A DNA stretch of 64,000 bases from Planctomycetota bacterium (lineage in GTDB: Bacteria; Planctomycetota; GCA-002687715; CAIWVZ01), in assembly GCA_044222185.1 (NCBI GenBank), contig JBGANV010000003.1, forward strand, positions 512,001 to 576,000, in the 5' to 3' direction. Positions 60,289 through 64,000 of the stretch are shown here, in pieces (the first letter of the stretch is position 1; the number at the start of each line of letters is the position of its first letter). The notes below the pieces were generated by a model. The model saw only the letters and a list, made by a program, of their open reading frames with translations, searched no databases and was not told where the DNA came from. The translations under genes were made by a program, and so were the position numbers.

Positions 60289-61122
60289 ATGATCCGCGCC
60301 GCCATGACACGCGCTCACGAGACGCACGGAACGCTGGCCGGGGGAACGTCGCCCCTGGACCGCATCCGCATCGTCCTCGTGGAGCCGACGGGCCCGCGCA
60401 ACGTGGGCGCAGCCGCTCGCGTCATGAAGAACTTCGGCCTGCGCAGGCTCGTCGTCGTCAATGGTCCTCCGCTCGACCTCGCCGACTGCTGCGCGATGGC
60501 GGCGTCCGCCATCGACGTCCTTCATGGGGCCGAGACGCCGCCGACGCTCGCCGATGCGATCGCGGGCTGCGGCCTCGTGGTGGGAACCACGGGACGCGTT
60601 CGCGCACGGACGCCGGTTCGCTCGCCGCGCGAGTCCGCGCACGAGATCCTCCACTCCGCGTCCCAGACCGACGTCGCGATCCTCTTCGGTCGGGAGGACG
60701 ACGGCCTCCACATCGCTGAACTCCGCCTGTGCCAAAGCGTCCTGTCTATCGACACGGCCGCGGCCTACCGTTCACTGAACGTGGCCCAGGCGGTCGGCGT
60801 CGTTGCCCACGAGATCTTCTCCGTATCGGGCGTGGAAAGCGTGCGTGCACAGGGCCGGATCGGACGGTTCCTCGACGCGAATTGGCGAGGTCGTCTCGAG
60901 GACGAGATCTTCCGGACGATGGAATCGCTCGGCTCCGTCACACCGAGGACGAAAGACGCCATCAGGAACAGCGTTCGGCGCGTGCTGTCGGCGGGTCCCA
61001 TCCAGACCCGGGACGCCCGCGTCCTCTTCTCCCTGGCCCGGCGGGCGCGCGCCGCAGCGGAGTCCGCCGCGGCAAAACCGGCGAGACCGGAGGGAAAACC
61101 CGCGAAGCGGCGTCCCTCGTGA
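60289..61122 (+). CDS. trmJ: TrmJ/LasT-family SPOUT tRNA methyltransferase (start may be 60304)
   Basis: IVLVEP..PRNVGAAARVMKNFG, ILFGREDDGL and SLNVAQAV motifs. Confidence 0.85.
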   Translation: MIRAAMTRAHETHGTLAGGTSPLDRIRIVLVEPTGPRNVGAAARVMKNFGLRRLVVVNGPPLDLADCCAMAASAIDVLHGAETPPTLADAIAGCGLVVGTTGRVRARTPVRSPRESAHEILHSASQTDVAILFGREDDGLHIAELRLCQSVLSIDTAAAYRSLNVAQAVGVVAHEIFSVSGVESVRAQGRIGRFLDANWRGRLEDEIFRTMESLGSVTPRTKDAIRNSVRRVLSAGPIQTRDARVLFSLARRARAAAESAAAKPARPEGKPAKRRPS

Positions 61123-61213
61123 CGCGCGCGCGCCGCCGCGGCTACTGCCCGTCGATGGCGCTTGCTACGGTCGCAGCCCGTTCGAAATGGACACTTCGCT
61201 CGGGGCGACCAAC

Positions 61214-61684
61214 ATGCCAAAGGAGGTTTCCGGACACGCGCGCGGCGAGGGCCGACGGATCGCAATCGTCGTCTCCCGGTTCAATTCCGACGTCACCGAG
61301 CGGCTTCTCCAAGGGGCACTTCGGGGGCTGAAGAAGGCCGGCGTCGTCGACTCCGCGGTCACGGTGGCGCGGGTGCCTGGCGCGGTGGAGATTCCCCTCG
61401 CTGCGGCCAAGCTCGCCGAGGACGGACGATGCGATGCCATCGTCGCTCTCGGGGCCGTCATCCGGGGAGACACGAGCCATTACGACTACGTGTGCAAGAT
61501 CGTCGCCGACGGCGTGCTGCACGTCATGATGAGCACCGGCCGCCCCGTCGCATTCGGCGTACTCACGTGCGACACCGACGAGCAGGCGATGGCCCGGTCC
61601 GGGCCCGGCGACGACAACAAGGGCTTCGAGTCGGCGCTGGTCGCTCTCGAGATGGCCTCCCTCCTGGACGACATCCGCTCATGA
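61214..61684 (+). CDS. ribH: 6,7-dimethyl-8-ribityllumazine synthase
   Basis: IVVSRFN, VPGAVEIP, GAVIRGDTSHYDYV and FGVLT..T.EQA motifs. Confidence 0.97.
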   Translation: MPKEVSGHARGEGRRIAIVVSRFNSDVTERLLQGALRGLKKAGVVDSAVTVARVPGAVEIPLAAAKLAEDGRCDAIVALGAVIRGDTSHYDYVCKIVADGVLHVMMSTGRPVAFGVLTCDTDEQAMARSGPGDDNKGFESALVALEMASLLDDIRS

Positions 61685-62160
61685 GCGACGTCACACGCAA
61701 GAACAAGCCGGGGCCGGGAAGCGGCGCCCGATCGCGCGGGCGCGAGCTGGCGCTCAAGTTCCTCTACGCGTTCGACGTGGGCAAGCAGGGCAGTCCGGAA
61801 GCGTTCGACGAACTCGCACTCAGCCAGGACGTGGGCGGCGTCGTCGTCGACTTCGCCCGACGTCTCGTCGATGGCGTGAAGCGCGATCGTGACGCCCTCG
61901 ACGCTCAGATCACCGGTCTCGCGAAGAACTGGAAGCTCTCGCGCATGGCGGTCATCGACCGCAACATCCTTCGCCTGGGTGCCTGGGAGCTGCTGAACAT
62001 GACGGAGACGCCACCGAGCGTCGTCATCAACGAAGCCATCGAGCTCGGCAAGGCCTTCAGCACGGCCCAGTCGAGCAAGTTCATCAACGGAATACTGGAC
62101 AAGATCCGCGCGTCGATCCCCGGTGCGGGCGACGGTACGGACAAGAAGCCCGAGGGTTGA
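61681..62160 (+). CDS. nusB: Transcription antitermination factor NusB
   Basis: RSRGRELALKFLY, NWKLSRMAVIDRNILR, VVINEAIEL and FINGILD motifs. Confidence 0.96.
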   Translation: MSDVTRKNKPGPGSGARSRGRELALKFLYAFDVGKQGSPEAFDELALSQDVGGVVVDFARRLVDGVKRDRDALDAQITGLAKNWKLSRMAVIDRNILRLGAWELLNMTETPPSVVINEAIELGKAFSTAQSSKFINGILDKIRASIPGAGDGTDKKPEG

Positions 62161-62163
62161 CCC

Positions 62164-63111
62164 GTGTTCGGCAAGCTGAAGGCACTCACCGAGAAACTGA
62201 AGGACGGTCTCAAGAAGACCAAGGACAAGCTCGTCGGCGGGCTCCGCGCCATCATGCCGTTCGGGCGGAACCTGGACGACGACCTCATCGAACAGATGGA
62301 GGAGTACCTCTTCACGGCCGACATCGGGCCGAAGACCGTGAAGAAGATCATGGACGCCGTGCGGCTCGCCTACAAAGAACGCCGCATCAAGACGACGGAC
62401 GAATGCTTCGCCTTCTTGAAGCAGTTCCTGAAGCAGATGCTCGCGGGTGACGGCAAGGGGCTGCGACGCGCGCCCTCCGGTCCGACCGTGATCATGGTCG
62501 CGGGCGTGAACGGTTCGGGAAAGACGACGTCGATCGCCAAGCTCACGAACCGACTGAAGAAGGACGGCAGCGTTCTGCTCGCCGCGTCCGACACGTTCCG
62601 CGCCGCTGCCGTCGATCAGCTCGCGCTGTGGAGCGAGCGCCTCGGAGTGAAGATCATTCGCCAGGCGACGGGCTCCGATCCCGCGGCCGTGGCCTACGAC
62701 GCCGCCGAAGCCGCGGTCGCGCGAAGCGTCGACTTCCTCGTCGTGGACACGGCGGGCCGGCTCCACACGCAGGAAAACCTCATGAAGGAGCTCGAGAAGA
62801 TCAAGCGGGTCATCCAGAAGAAGATCCCGGATGCGCCGCACGAAACGCTCCTCGTCCTGGACGGCACCACGGGTCAGAACGCGATCAACCAGGCACTCGA
62901 GTTCGGCAAGATCCTGAACATCACGGGGATCTTCCTCACGAAGCTGGATGGAACGGCGAAGGGCGGGGCCGTCATCGGCATCCGCGACCAGGTCGACATC
63001 CCCATCAAGTTCATCGGCGTCGGCGAGAAGGCGGAGGACATCGAGGACTTCGACCCCGAAGCCTTCGTCGAGGCCTTGTTCGAGACTCCGGAGGGCGCAG
63101 CGAAGAGCTGA
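62164..63111 (+). CDS. ftsY: SRP receptor FtsY (short form, no acidic A domain)
   Basis: GVNGSGKTTSIAKL, DTFRAAA, DTAGRLH, TKLDGTAKGG and GVGE motifs. Confidence 0.97.
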   Translation: MFGKLKALTEKLKDGLKKTKDKLVGGLRAIMPFGRNLDDDLIEQMEEYLFTADIGPKTVKKIMDAVRLAYKERRIKTTDECFAFLKQFLKQMLAGDGKGLRRAPSGPTVIMVAGVNGSGKTTSIAKLTNRLKKDGSVLLAASDTFRAAAVDQLALWSERLGVKIIRQATGSDPAAVAYDAAEAAVARSVDFLVVDTAGRLHTQENLMKELEKIKRVIQKKIPDAPHETLLVLDGTTGQNAINQALEFGKILNITGIFLTKLDGTAKGGAVIGIRDQVDIPIKFIGVGEKAEDIEDFDPEAFVEALFETPEGAAKS

Positions 63112-63141
63112 CGCGAGCGAGCGAACGAACCGGACGGCGCC

Positions 63142-64000
63142 ATGCGATTCATCGCACTCCTCATCCTGATCGGCGCCGTCCCCCTCGTCTGGGCGCCGGG
63201 TTTCAACGAGGAGTTCGTCGTCCCCCGGGAGGCCTTCGTCCTCGCGATCCTCGCACCCGTCGCGGCCTTCTGCTGGTGGCGCGACGACGGCGCGCGGCGG
63301 TCGGCCCGAATGCCGTTACTCGCACTCCTCGTCGCGCTCGTCGGCGGCCTCGTCCCGCATCTCGTCGGGGTCCTCGATCCATACGGGTTCGCGCGCTTCG
63401 TGCGGCTCGTGAGCATCGCCGCGGCTCTCGTGATCGCGGGCGCGGGTGTCGGCGGGTTCTCGAACGGCGGCCGGTGGCTCGTCGTCACGCTCGGCCTGTC
63501 GTCCGTCCCCGTGCTCGTCGTCGGATTGGTGCGGCGCCACCTCGGATGGCCCGCCCTCCTCCCGGACCGGCCTGACGTCGCTCTCGGATCCACGCTCGGC
63601 AACAGCAACGCACTCGGCGAGACGTTTGCGCCGATCCTCATGGCGGCGATCGCCATGGCCCTCGCGCGTGCGCCGCGGACGACGCGAGTCCTCTCCGCCG
63701 TGGGCGCCGTGGGCTCGGCGGCGCTGGTGGCGCTCTCCCAGTCACGCGGCGCATGGCTCGCGTGCGCGGTCTCCGGCGTGGTCGCCATCACCCTCTGGGT
63801 CCGTGATGCCGCGCAACGCGACCAGCAGGCGCGGCCGGGTCCCGTCGCTCGGGCCGCCCTCGCTCTGGCGGCGATCGGCGTCGTGGCGTGCACGCTGGCG
63901 TGGCTGCCCGCCGCGGGCCCGCTCCGCGAGCGCATCGCATCCACGTTCTCTCCCGATCACCCGACGAATCTCGTGCGGCTCTCGACATGGCGCGGAACCC
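63142..64000 (+). CDS. O-antigen ligase/Wzy-family membrane protein (3' truncated by window edge)
   Basis: Manual translation from MRFIALLILIG; multiple TM helices; STLGNSNALG, LSQSRGAWLA and NLVRLSTW motifs. Confidence 0.8.
   Translation, partial: MRFIALLILIGAVPLVWAPGFNEEFVVPREAFVLAILAPVAAFCWWRDDGARRSARMPLLALLVALVGGLVPHLVGVLDPYGFARFVRLVSIAAALVIAGAGVGGFSNGGRWLVVTLGLSSVPVLVVGLVRRHLGWPALLPDRPDVALGSTLGNSNALGETFAPILMAAIAMALARAPRTTRVLSAVGAVGSAALVALSQSRGAWLACAVSGVVAITLWVRDAAQRDQQARPGPVARAALALAAIGVVACTLAWLPAAGPLRERIASTFSPDHPTNLVRLSTWRGT

Noticed and set aside
61123-61213. FMN riboswitch upstream of ribH
   Set aside because: The spacer is too short and lacks RFN consensus elements.
1-64000. CRISPR array, DGR/retron reverse transcriptase, prophage, rRNA
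   Set aside because: No regularly spaced repeats, RT motifs, phage genes or rRNA-like sequence seen by eye. Weak or long-period repeats could have been missed without computation.

Overview
This is a high-GC bacterial chromosomal window. The gene content (ECF sigma + Ser/Thr kinase pairs, large secreted beta-rich proteins, mreBCD) suggests an uncultured Planctomycetota lineage; that assignment is inference. Core genes: tRNA-Pro(CGG), ahpC, fbp, a MoxR ATPase, guaD, mreBCD, lnt, moeA, a two-permease RND system, and trmJ-like/ribH/nusB/ftsY. Three accessory blocks (about 1.4-9.2 kb, 14.5-22.1 kb and 46.8-55.2 kb) each pair a membrane Ser/Thr kinase, two of them with an ECF sigma factor, with large secreted proteins. 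Four of these secreted proteins appear to share an unnamed ~110-140 aa beta-rich domain, usually C-terminal. Other notable items: (1) an IS1182/IS5-like element inserted in an RCC1-repeat gene remnant; (2) a perfect FNR box overlapping a Crp/Fnr stop codon at class II spacing; (3) a coiled-coil protein, a microprotein and two hairpins upstream of an mreBCD operon that lacks pbp2/rodA; (4) a double-ExbD/prenyltransferase-barrel fusion; (5) a low-GC, strand-skewed patch crossing a gene boundary; (6) a decayed tandem paralog near 58 kb. I found no CRISPR array, rRNA, prophage or intact defence system. Indels at about 5-9 kb and 57-58.5 kb may be partly assembly errors.
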